Below are positions 56,836 to 64,000 of a stretch of DNA of 64,000 bases, piece after piece; position 1 is the first letter of the stretch, and each line of letters opens with the position of its first letter. The position numbers and the translations under genes are program-made. Below the pieces are notes generated by a model. The model worked only from the letters and a program-made list of their open reading frames with translations. It was not told the origin of the DNA and ran no database searches. The DNA comes from a virus, in IMG/VR virus record IMGVR_UViG_3300008954_000045, positions 3,942 through 67,941 of that record, one strand, 5' to 3'.

Positions 56836-57432
56836 CTACGAGTCAAGGACTTTCCCCAATAAAATCTCTCGATATTTATTGAGATTTACAATCGTCACAA
56901 AAGACTCATATTTTACACATCTCTTTTTAATTCCCCCCCAAAGATAATCATCTGGCATATCCCGATCAAACTGATCAAAGAAGCCAAGTATTTTGTTGAG
57001 TATAATAAAAGTTTCGATACTAATATCTTCTCTGACTAACAGGCGCATCAAAAGTGGGTGACGACCATCTTCTACTTTGAACACATCTTCAAATGATGTC
57101 ATTTCCTTTACAATAATATTAGAGTCTTCTGAAAATACCATTGATAGGGATTCGGTGCGTCTTTTCCATTGTGTGTATATCTGCTCGGCTGAATCATCAA
57201 ACAATTCACCAACCCAGAAATTACCCCTCACCACAAAATTAGATACAAGAAAATCAAAAACATCTTTACCGTGTTCCCGAGCCAATTTGTCGAAAAAATG
57301 TCTGTCTTTTCTATTTAAAAATGTTTTGGTGTTGGCTTTAGTTTTACCGTTGAATCGAATGTAGTCATATGAATCTTTGGTGAAATGTAATTTCAAACTA
57401 AGATACACACAAAATACATCATAACCATTCAT
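56836..57432 (-). CDS. gp59: helicase loader
   Basis: YLSLKLHFTK.SYDY..FNGK, F..RKDR.FF.KL, ISIETFIIL. Confidence 0.93.
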   Translation of the reverse strand: MNGYDVFCVYLSLKLHFTKDSYDYIRFNGKTKANTKTFLNRKDRHFFDKLAREHGKDVFDFLVSNFVVRGNFWVGELFDDSAEQIYTQWKRRTESLSMVFSEDSNIIVKEMTSFEDVFKVEDGRHPLLMRLLVREDISIETFIILNKILGFFDQFDRDMPDDYLWGGIKKRCVKYESFVTIVNLNKYREILLGKVLDS

Positions 57433-57650
57433 CACACAGGTAATCTTGCCCCTCTTGGGAGTAGATTGATGGATTCGCCCTCGGCTCGGATCTTCTCGAT
57501 AATTGGTTTGGTAAGAAATTTCGCTGCTGCCTCTGGTTCAATGTTGTTTTGTTCTGCCACTTCAAGAACAGCGTCCATATAGTGTCCACCATTCTCTTTC
57601 ACATAATTCTCTATATCATTGATAAATTTGGTTGGATCTTGGAATATCAT
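57432..57650 (-). CDS. gp33: late transcription coactivator
   Basis: F...IE..V......YMDAV......NIEPE......TKPI.EKI..E....NLL....LPV. Confidence 0.9.
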   Translation of the reverse strand: MIFQDPTKFINDIENYVKENGGHYMDAVLEVAEQNNIEPEAAAKFLTKPIIEKIRAEGESINLLPRGARLPV

Positions 57651-57670
57651 AATGTCCTTTCTGTGTGGTT

Positions 57671-57699
57671 ATAATAACACAATAAACGAACCGGGTCAA
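57671..57699 (-). promoter_or_regulatory. sigma70-type promoter for gp33-gp59-gp32 (TTGACC-N17-TATTAT)
   Basis: Near-consensus hexamers upstream of the gp33 RBS (AAAGGA). Confidence 0.65.
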
Positions 57700-57705
57700 G
57701 AGGAT

Positions 57706-57713
57706 TATACATA
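57706..57713 (+). promoter_or_regulatory. putative late promoter TATACATA
   Basis: Upstream of the AAGGAGG RBS of the 57744 ORF. Confidence 0.7.
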
Positions 57714-57743
57714 GATATATAGACCCTAACAAGGAGGCAGATT

Positions 57744-58664
57744 ATGTCTGATACCGACAACGATGTTGTCTTGAATGCCGGTTCAGGTGGACCAAACATT
57801 AAGACACAATATGAACCAGCAGCATCTGGTTCGAGTGCTGGGCACTACCAACTGATGATGATGGCATTTGACGGATCTAACGCAACCGCTGATGTTGCTT
57901 CTAGATCTAATCCATATCCCGTTGACATTCCAATCGGAGAAACTATTGTTGGTGGATATATCCAAGACATGTATTCTGCTCTTACCGCCGATGGTGCGGG
58001 AGGAACAGCGTTTTACGTTGATATCAGTCCGGCTAGCGAAATTACCGTATCTGCCATTGTTGAAGATTTAATAATTGGTATTACTACTGAAGGTTCATTC
58101 GCTCAAATTGGTGTATATGGTACTGGTGGAACTGCTGTTGGAATAACAGGTTCTGTTTATATTTTAGACACTGCATCAGTAACAGGAACAGTAGCAGTTG
58201 ATTCAACTTCCCTTATAGGAATTAGTGGATCGCCCGATGTAATCTCTACAGTGGGTATTCCTGTTTTTGGTACTGGTGGGACAGCAGTAGGAATAACTGG
58301 TTCTGTTTATGTTCTTGACCACGCATCAGTAACAGGTGATGTGGCTGTTACTTCGATGCCGGCAGTCGATGTGAACATCTCCACTGGCATCACCAATGGT
58401 TCTTTTGTTGGAGATTATACGTCAGGAATAGTTGTCGGTAGTGGTTCGTTGTCGAGTGGTGTTCGAGTCACAGCATTTAGTACCGGAATAAGTACCGATT
58501 ACGTTTATGTTGGTGCTACACTAGCATATGGTTCAGAAAGTCTAACAGGATATGGTTTCCCATTAAGAGAGATGGAGTCGGTATTCGTCGAAGTCAACAA
58601 TCTCAGTAAGGTATATGTAATATCAGATAACACATCTGTTGATATTCGTTGGATAGCAAGTTAA
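57744..58664 (+). CDS. putative virion structural protein with internal repeat
   Basis: G/T/V/S-rich; GTGGTAVGITGSVY.LD.ASVTG occurs twice; late-type promoter. Confidence 0.65.
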   Translation: MSDTDNDVVLNAGSGGPNIKTQYEPAASGSSAGHYQLMMMAFDGSNATADVASRSNPYPVDIPIGETIVGGYIQDMYSALTADGAGGTAFYVDISPASEITVSAIVEDLIIGITTEGSFAQIGVYGTGGTAVGITGSVYILDTASVTGTVAVDSTSLIGISGSPDVISTVGIPVFGTGGTAVGITGSVYVLDHASVTGDVAVTSMPAVDVNISTGITNGSFVGDYTSGIVVGSGSLSSGVRVTAFSTGISTDYVYVGATLAYGSESLTGYGFPLREMESVFVEVNNLSKVYVISDNTSVDIRWIAS

Positions 58665-58667
58665 TAG

Positions 58668-59663
58668 ATGTCACAATATAAGTTCAATCCAGCAAAAAAG
58701 CAGGATATCTTTCATGATCAGCAGATAGACACCCCGCTCAAAAAGCATTCAAAAATCTACCCAGCAAATGACTGTTCTATCTCAAGAGAGAATCCAAATC
58801 GAAAACTACCAGATTCTAATGTGCTGGTTGCTGGGTTTGATGCAACTGGTAAATTCAATCACATTATTCCATCAGGAACCACGCATGGATATTGGACTCT
58901 TGCAGGCATAAACCCCACCTCACCAGAAGATGGTGCGGGTGCAAGTGGTGATTATGTTGCACGAATATTGATGGATTTTGATTTGGAAGATGCAGGAATT
59001 ACTCTGGGGGATGCTATCGAGAGAGCATCTCTTCAGTTGACCGTATTCCAATCAAAAACAATCAACGATTCAAACACATATAATTTTGATTTCTTCCGAT
59101 TTCATCCAGGCACCACAATTAGTAGTGTAGGGTATACTAATCTGTTTACAAAAAATGCAACATGGTACGAATATGACTACAGCGGTACAGGATTAACCAC
59201 AGGAACATATGCCACTGGAGATTTTTCGGCGACGGACAGCAATCACGGAAACAATAGATGGGATTACCAAGGGCTTGGAACTACAGGATCGACAGCAGAA
59301 CATGAAGGTGGGGGAGATACCGGACAATGGGTTGATATTAGTGGTGGAACTTCATCGTCTCAAAGTGATTCATATTCAGATCATATTTACAAATACGCGA
59401 TGGAGATGTCTCGGTGGGAAATTGTTGGTGGAGAGATGATATACCTTGATCTAACAGGTGCTGCAAGGGATGCCCTAGCAAACTATGAAGGAAAATTGCG
59501 TTTGATGATAAGACTAAGAGATGAACACCTCTATGACGGTACAGACACAGAGGCATTCATCTCTTTTTATTCGTCTTCGTATATGAAAAATCCAAGCAAC
59601 TTTTCCCAATCAAAGGGTGCTGAGATACCAACCTTGTCGATTGATTACTTCGACGTTACTTGA
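58668..59663 (+). CDS. putative virion structural protein (DNRLRE/CBM96-like beta-sandwich)
   Basis: RILMDFDL..I..ASLQL, ATW, DLT..., FYSS...P.L.IDY pattern. Confidence 0.5.
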   Translation: MSQYKFNPAKKQDIFHDQQIDTPLKKHSKIYPANDCSISRENPNRKLPDSNVLVAGFDATGKFNHIIPSGTTHGYWTLAGINPTSPEDGAGASGDYVARILMDFDLEDAGITLGDAIERASLQLTVFQSKTINDSNTYNFDFFRFHPGTTISSVGYTNLFTKNATWYEYDYSGTGLTTGTYATGDFSATDSNHGNNRWDYQGLGTTGSTAEHEGGGDTGQWVDISGGTSSSQSDSYSDHIYKYAMEMSRWEIVGGEMIYLDLTGAARDALANYEGKLRLMIRLRDEHLYDGTDTEAFISFYSSSYMKNPSNFSQSKGAEIPTLSIDYFDVT

Positions 59664-60336
59664 GTTTCTTTTTATTTTTGAATATTCTCTGTGCTTCTTT
59701 CCGAAGTTCCTCTCCAGAAAAACCCCGTGCTTCTGCTTCCTTGGTCGCTTCTTCTAAAAGTTTCTTGTTCTTTGCACAAGAAGAACATCCGCCAGATTTT
59801 TGTGGTTTCATATCATATCTTTCTTGGATTGTTTTTTTTGCTTCTTCGATAGCAGCAGCATCATCGTATCCCTCTGCTTTTTTATTTTCAATCTCCTCTT
59901 GGAGTTCTTTCCGCCGTTTCTCGCACTCCGTGCATCCCTTTTTTTCTTGAGTTGGTTTGATAAGATAAGAATCAACACCTTCAATTCTCAACTCAATTTG
60001 CTGTTTTCGTTCGGATTCTTCTTCTGTGTTGGGTTTGTAGTCACTAAACCCTGGCATATGACGGGGACAAGACAGAAATGGATGATCTAATTTAGTATAC
60101 TCTTCATCATCACCATTTAAGAATACTGCTGGTTTATCTCCACATCCGCATTCTCCGCATATAAATCTACCCATTTTCACCGAACTGGGGCGAAGAGCAG
60201 GGCACACTTTAATAGTTTCACCATCACCAAAACAACTTAACAGTCTAATGTCTTTGGTGGTAACATCAACCCGCTTACCCGACATACCCTTCGACCATTT
60301 AGCCTTGAGGTAGTTTCCAATCATACTTAGATTCAT
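59656..60336 (-). CDS. Cys-motif hypothetical protein (probable metal binding)
   Basis: SCFG...CP...CGECGC...CP plus GCTEC and GCSSC. Confidence 0.7.
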   Translation of the reverse strand: MNLSMIGNYLKAKWSKGMSGKRVDVTTKDIRLLSCFGDGETIKVCPALRPSSVKMGRFICGECGCGDKPAVFLNGDDEEYTKLDHPFLSCPRHMPGFSDYKPNTEEESERKQQIELRIEGVDSYLIKPTQEKKGCTECEKRRKELQEEIENKKAEGYDDAAAIEEAKKTIQERYDMKPQKSGGCSSCAKNKKLLEEATKEAEARGFSGEELRKEAQRIFKNKKKLK

Positions 60337-61010
60337 TCCATCTCCATTTCATCGTAGAATGTTTTGATGTCGTTATATAGACCTTCGACATATTGAATTG
60401 GTTTCTTCTTGAATACCTGATTGGTTCCGTTTTCATTAGCAATAATGATTACGACATTCTCAATCTTTATTCCTGTCTTTTCTTGGAACATTATAGCATA
60501 CGCAGTTGCTTGGTGAAAATAATTTGTAATCCAATCTTCTTTTTTGGGTTTGGTACTGCCCTTAAAATCAATAATAGACAGTTCCCCATCAAATTCAGCA
60601 ACACAATCAACTCGCCCAGCCAATGCAACTGTTTCTGACCATAAAGCCACTTCTTGTGCATAGACATTGTCAATGCGATCTAGTTCTGGTTGTATTTGTT
60701 TGAATAAATCAACATTGACTGGGTTTTTGTCGCCCCAAAAATCTTCTTCGTTATTGATGTAATCCTCTATTAGGCTATGGAGTTCATTGCCTCTATTGAG
60801 ACATCGAGTCGATTCGGCTTTGTTGTCTGGATTCTCGCGCCACTCTTTAAAGAAGGCTCTTTTACTCCATCCGGTAACTGTTGTTACACTCGGTAGCCAC
60901 ATACCTGTCGGAGATTGATAAAACCTCAGATCGTTCTTTGTCTCAACAGGCAAAGAATCAAAATCAGTGTCTAATTGTATGTGGTTGAATTTTTTTTCAC
61001 TTATCATCAT
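60333..61010 (-). CDS. PD-(D/E)XK Cas4-like exonuclease
   Basis: PSVTTV, RG...H..IE, AGRVDCVAEFDG.LSIIDFK.S.K.K....I.NYF.Q..AYA; start 61016/61010/61007 uncertain. Confidence 0.9.
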   Translation of the reverse strand: MMISEKKFNHIQLDTDFDSLPVETKNDLRFYQSPTGMWLPSVTTVTGWSKRAFFKEWRENPDNKAESTRCLNRGNELHSLIEDYINNEEDFWGDKNPVNVDLFKQIQPELDRIDNVYAQEVALWSETVALAGRVDCVAEFDGELSIIDFKGSTKPKKEDWITNYFHQATAYAIMFQEKTGIKIENVVIIIANENGTNQVFKKKPIQYVEGLYNDIKTFYDEMEME

Positions 61011-61014
61011 AAAC

Positions 61015-61042
61015 ATTATACCTCATTTCATAGCGATGTCAA
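61015..61042 (-). promoter_or_regulatory. consensus sigma70 promoter TTGACA-N16-TATAAT
   Basis: Both hexamers perfect; ATG codons 4 and 7 nt downstream. Confidence 0.8.
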
Positions 61043-61135
61043 TTTTTTTGTAGAAAGTTCAGACATTTATCAGCCTATGTTTTCTACCCACACATAAATA
61101 CATGTGTTGCCATTTCAGATTACTTTCATGACCTT

Positions 61136-61165
61136 AAGGACAGAACCGGAACCCTGTCCTTTTTT
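61136..61165. terminator. hairpin terminator
   Basis: AAGGACAG-10nt-CTGTCCTT-TTTT, adjacent to the stop of the 61164 ORF. Confidence 0.7.
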
Positions 61166-61901
61166 ATTTAGCATTGTTATATGCAAACTGTATCATCTGT
61201 TTCAATCCATCCATAGATCCGTTTATCTTTTCTTTGAATAAGATTTGATTCTCTTCAGACAGTAATTCACAAACGTCTATCAACACTGAAGCACTGTTCT
61301 TTTCTAGAACCATTGATTCGTCTCCGATTGTGATTTCTTCTGGTGTCTCAGAAGTCACAACCCATTCGCTGATATTATATACGTCTTCTGTAAGTTTACC
61401 ACTTCTTTTTTTCATATATTTTGCAACTGTTTTGTGTGATTTAGATACACTACCAGTAGGTAAGAGAGTAAGGATTACTTTTTTACCTACTACTTTTACG
61501 TTTGCTGTTGCGGAATTCGAGACATCATATGCAAACTGTTTTGCGTTCTTTTCAGATGGAAATATAAATGTCATTGGTCTAGTGGCAACCTTTTCTTTAA
61601 GGTTGGTGTTTAGTGACTCATCCAAATACATGTTAGTATATTTGGAATCTAATTGTTTCTTGTATTTTTTCTCGATGTATTTTTTTATTTTTAGCAGATT
61701 CTTTTCTGGACCAGAAAAACCAATATCAAAACCAACCCCACCAGAACCAGATCCGCTAAATTCATTTTTGAAGCGGCGCTCTAAATCCTTTTGGATTTCT
61801 CCACCCTCATCCCCAAAATAATCAATGGTAAACTGAAATGCAAGATACCAATTTTCCTTCTCGACCACTATTGCTTCTTTTAGTTCATTGAATTTTTTCA
61901 T
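61164..61901 (-). CDS. putative internal head protein
   Basis: MKKFNELKE N-terminus; C-terminal domain aligns with that of 4048-4773. Confidence 0.55.
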   Translation of the reverse strand: MKKFNELKEAIVVEKENWYLAFQFTIDYFGDEGGEIQKDLERRFKNEFSGSGSGGVGFDIGFSGPEKNLLKIKKYIEKKYKKQLDSKYTNMYLDESLNTNLKEKVATRPMTFIFPSEKNAKQFAYDVSNSATANVKVVGKKVILTLLPTGSVSKSHKTVAKYMKKRSGKLTEDVYNISEWVVTSETPEEITIGDESMVLEKNSASVLIDVCELLSEENQILFKEKINGSMDGLKQMIQFAYNNAK

Positions 61902-62287
61902 ATATCTGCCCTTGTAACATTTAAAAGTTTTTCTACTTGGAGATTACATTGTGCTTCTCTCTGGCCACCTGGCCAGTAGAGGTAGTCTTTATTCTTGTTC
62001 TTTTTGAGATTAACAAGAAGGGGAATGACTATTTTTTCAACTTCTAGCATCTTTGCTTTCATTAGATTTTCATACTCTGTTTTTACTGCGGTTGTGCCTT
62101 CGCACGTTGAATGCATCGCAATAATTTGAGACAATTTGTTTTGAATGTCAAGAATCTCATCAACAGATGCGGTTTCGGCGTCTGCTCCTAAAAGGTTCCC
62201 CAGTTCATTTTCATCTGCTGCTGTAAATCCAAAGTCAAATGCGTTGTTGGTGTATTCTTCCGGGATGTCGTGTTGAAAATCACTCAT
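61898..62287 (-). CDS. conserved T4-like hypothetical protein
   Basis: FDFGFTA.DE.EL, PLL.NLKKN..KDYLYWP. Confidence 0.75.
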   Translation of the reverse strand: MSDFQHDIPEEYTNNAFDFGFTAADENELGNLLGADAETASVDEILDIQNKLSQIIAMHSTCEGTTAVKTEYENLMKAKMLEVEKIVIPLLVNLKKNKNKDYLYWPGGQREAQCNLQVEKLLNVTRADI

Positions 62288-62577
62288 TGTGTGTTATACC
62301 TCGCCCCTGTTCTGTCTACGGATCTATCTAAATTTTCATGGTACCTTTTGGGTACGGCACCACCGTGTTTTATGTTATTTATTATATCTTTGAAGCCTGG
62401 ATGTGGTTTTAGATTGCTGTCGTATCCACCAACGGGGGCAGTAAAAAACCCCTGTTCTACTTTTTTCTCTGCGCATTGGGGGCACGGTTTTTTTGTTGGT
62501 TTCTCACGATTGCTGATTGTGTGCATTTCATCAAACCTGTACCCACACGCTTTACATTGATATTCATAAGTTGGCAT
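62284..62577 (-). CDS. FmdB-family zinc ribbon protein
   Basis: MPTYEYQCKACG...F......CPQC; ATG at 62577 with GGAG RBS. Confidence 0.9.
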   Translation of the reverse strand: MPTYEYQCKACGYRFDEMHTISNREKPTKKPCPQCAEKKVEQGFFTAPVGGYDSNLKPHPGFKDIINNIKHGGAVPKRYHENLDRSVDRTGARYNTQ

Positions 62578-62598
62578 ACACACTCTCCTACCGTTTAT

Positions 62599-63120
62599 CT
62601 ATATATTCAACCACTTCTCCCACATTTTAGAACCATTTTTGTCTAACCCTATAAGTTGTAGAGTTAACCTTTTTGGTTTTGTTGGTTTATTTCTTAAAGA
62701 CATATTACATTCTTTTAGAGTTTTGTTCCCCTTCTTAATATTACATGATGAACATGCGGTAGTTAGATTTGTCCATTGTGTTCCTCCCCCTTTGCACTTT
62801 GGGTGAATGTGATCTATTGTTAATTTTTTGGGATTCTTTGAATGATACCCACAATATTGACATGTATATTTGTCTCTTTTGAATATGTTTGTTCTTGTGG
62901 GTGTAGTCATGTCTTCAGAATAAGGAAGATAAACATAACGAACAAGGACGATTGCAGCGGGAAGTAGGTATTCCCCATCAATCGTCCTTATTGAATAAGA
63001 TTTGTTGTAGTTGTACGGTTTCTTCGCTTTTCCATTTTCAAGCAGTTTGATTGCCTTTTTCCATCCTATAACTTGAAGAATTTCCTCACTTGAGTTTAGC
63101 AAGAGGACATTTTTGTTCAT
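62599..63120 (-). CDS. HNH endonuclease (McrA-like)
   Basis: VLLLN, R.NIFKRD.YTCQYCG, LTIDHIHP...GG...W.NL..AC..CN.KKG. Confidence 0.93.
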   Translation of the reverse strand: MNKNVLLLNSSEEILQVIGWKKAIKLLENGKAKKPYNYNKSYSIRTIDGEYLLPAAIVLVRYVYLPYSEDMTTPTRTNIFKRDKYTCQYCGYHSKNPKKLTIDHIHPKCKGGGTQWTNLTTACSSCNIKKGNKTLKECNMSLRNKPTKPKRLTLQLIGLDKNGSKMWEKWLNI

Positions 63121-63171
63121 TCATTTCCTTTCTTTAGAATAAATATTTTCGTTTTTTAGGTTCTTCTTTTT

Positions 63172-63444
63172 TCACATTATCGTGCATACGACTTCTTCTA
63201 CTAGAGCAGGATCGATCTTCTGCTTCTTCCTGTCATTCCAAAACGCCACTACTTCACGGGTGTTTGCTACACCAATACGCTTCAACTTCAACTTACCCTT
63301 GATCATATGACCAAGCACATCCAAGACGAACTTGAATGGGTCGTTGTGCTTATCTGCTAGTTTGATAAGGATAGGGTTTTTCTCATACGAAGCAGGATAG
63401 GTTGCAGAAGAAGCGTCTGTGATGTATTGCTTGAAGGATTTCAC
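63172..63444 (-). CDS. small putative internal head protein
   Basis: MKSFKQYITD N-terminus resembles the T4 capsid-targeting sequence. Confidence 0.55.
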   Translation of the reverse strand: MKSFKQYITDASSATYPASYEKNPILIKLADKHNDPFKFVLDVLGHMIKGKLKLKRIGVANTREVVAFWNDRKKQKIDPALVEEVVCTIM

Positions 63445-63728
63445 CTTCCGTACTCGACCTTCTTGACTTTTCCGCCATTCGACTCAACGTCGTCGGTGAA
63501 TGTCTCGACGTACTTCTTGAGAGTCCGTCTGTCTTTGGCTGGTTTATACTGTACAGGAGGAATCATCGAGTGGGTCTTTTGGTTTCTATCATCTACCCAA
63601 GTGATAACGGCTCTTTCGCCATCCGACTTTTCAGTGGTGCCGCCTCTTCCACCAGAACCCTTTAGGGATGTCTGTTTGAGATAGCCGGTTTCCTTTGCCC
63701 AGTCGATATATTCTCGGAAGGACTTCAT
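63441..63728 (-). CDS. small putative internal head protein
   Basis: MKSFREYI....KE N-terminus; basic. Confidence 0.55.
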   Translation of the reverse strand: MKSFREYIDWAKETGYLKQTSLKGSGGRGGTTEKSDGERAVITWVDDRNQKTHSMIPPVQYKPAKDRRTLKKYVETFTDDVESNGGKVKKVEYGR

Positions 63729-64000
63729 TTCACCAACTTGTTGTTCTTCGCAAACTTCTGTGCGCCTGCTACGTTCCTATGACTACCGAAGTATGAGAAC
63801 AACTTCTGTCCACTCCCTCGCTTGGGGTTGCTGATGATGCCCATAAGCACACCGTCTTGACCTTTTCTGTCTGCGTCCTTGGTTGCAACCACCACAAACT
63901 TGCTATTGCCACCGAGGACAGAATCAGCAGACCATAGGATTTCGTTGGGAGTCAACTGCTGGAACTTCTTCTTGACTTCTGGGCTTGGGGGGACTTCAAA
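63725..64000 (-). CDS. hypothetical protein, C-terminal part (starts beyond window)
   Basis: Frame open to position 64000 (FEVPPSPEVKKKFQQLTPNE...). Confidence 0.6.
   Translation of the reverse strand, partial: FEVPPSPEVKKKFQQLTPNEILWSADSVLGGNSKFVVVATKDADRKGQDGVLMGIISNPKRGSGQKLFSYFGSHRNVAGAQKFAKNNKLVK

Noticed and set aside
60333-61016. CRISPR-Cas system suggested by the Cas4-like nuclease
   Set aside because: No repeat-spacer array or other cas genes; this solo exonuclease is common in marine T4-likes
61093-61165. Possible ~60-nt plus-strand small RNA from CATAAATA (61093-61100) to the hairpin
   Set aside because: The hairpin is adequately explained as the terminator of the minus-strand 61164 gene; no other support
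62599-63120. HNH gene as the homing endonuclease of the split intein
   Set aside because: More than 50 kb away and of the stand-alone McrA-like type

Overview
This window is 64 kb of a T4-like (myovirus) phage genome resembling marine T4-superfamily phages. It uses the standard genetic code and has no tRNA or CRISPR that I can see. It holds nearly the whole virion morphogenesis cluster: gp23/22/21/20 head, gp19/18 tail, gp17/16 terminase, gp15/14/13 neck, fibres and spike, gp8/7/6/25 wedge, gp5/PAAR/gp27/53/48/54/26/51 hub and a tape-measure-like gene. It also carries gp32/59/33, a Cas4-like exonuclease, an HNH gene and probable internal head proteins. Notable features: (1) the large terminase is fractured into two genes joined by an atypically split intein (31-aa IntN, 109-aa IntC); (2) two paralogous ~1500-1600 aa extremely cysteine-rich fibre-like proteins, a PDxGG-repeat protein and a Gly-rich protein are inserted between gp5 and its PAAR tip; (3) a probable -1 frameshift fuses gp26 to gp51 just upstream of the tape measure, as in lambda G/GT; (4) the late promoter is mostly TATACATA rather than T4's TATAAATA; (5) a G-x-[ST]-[GA] motif recurs across outer virion proteins. 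All family assignments come from motif recognition and synteny; no database search was run.
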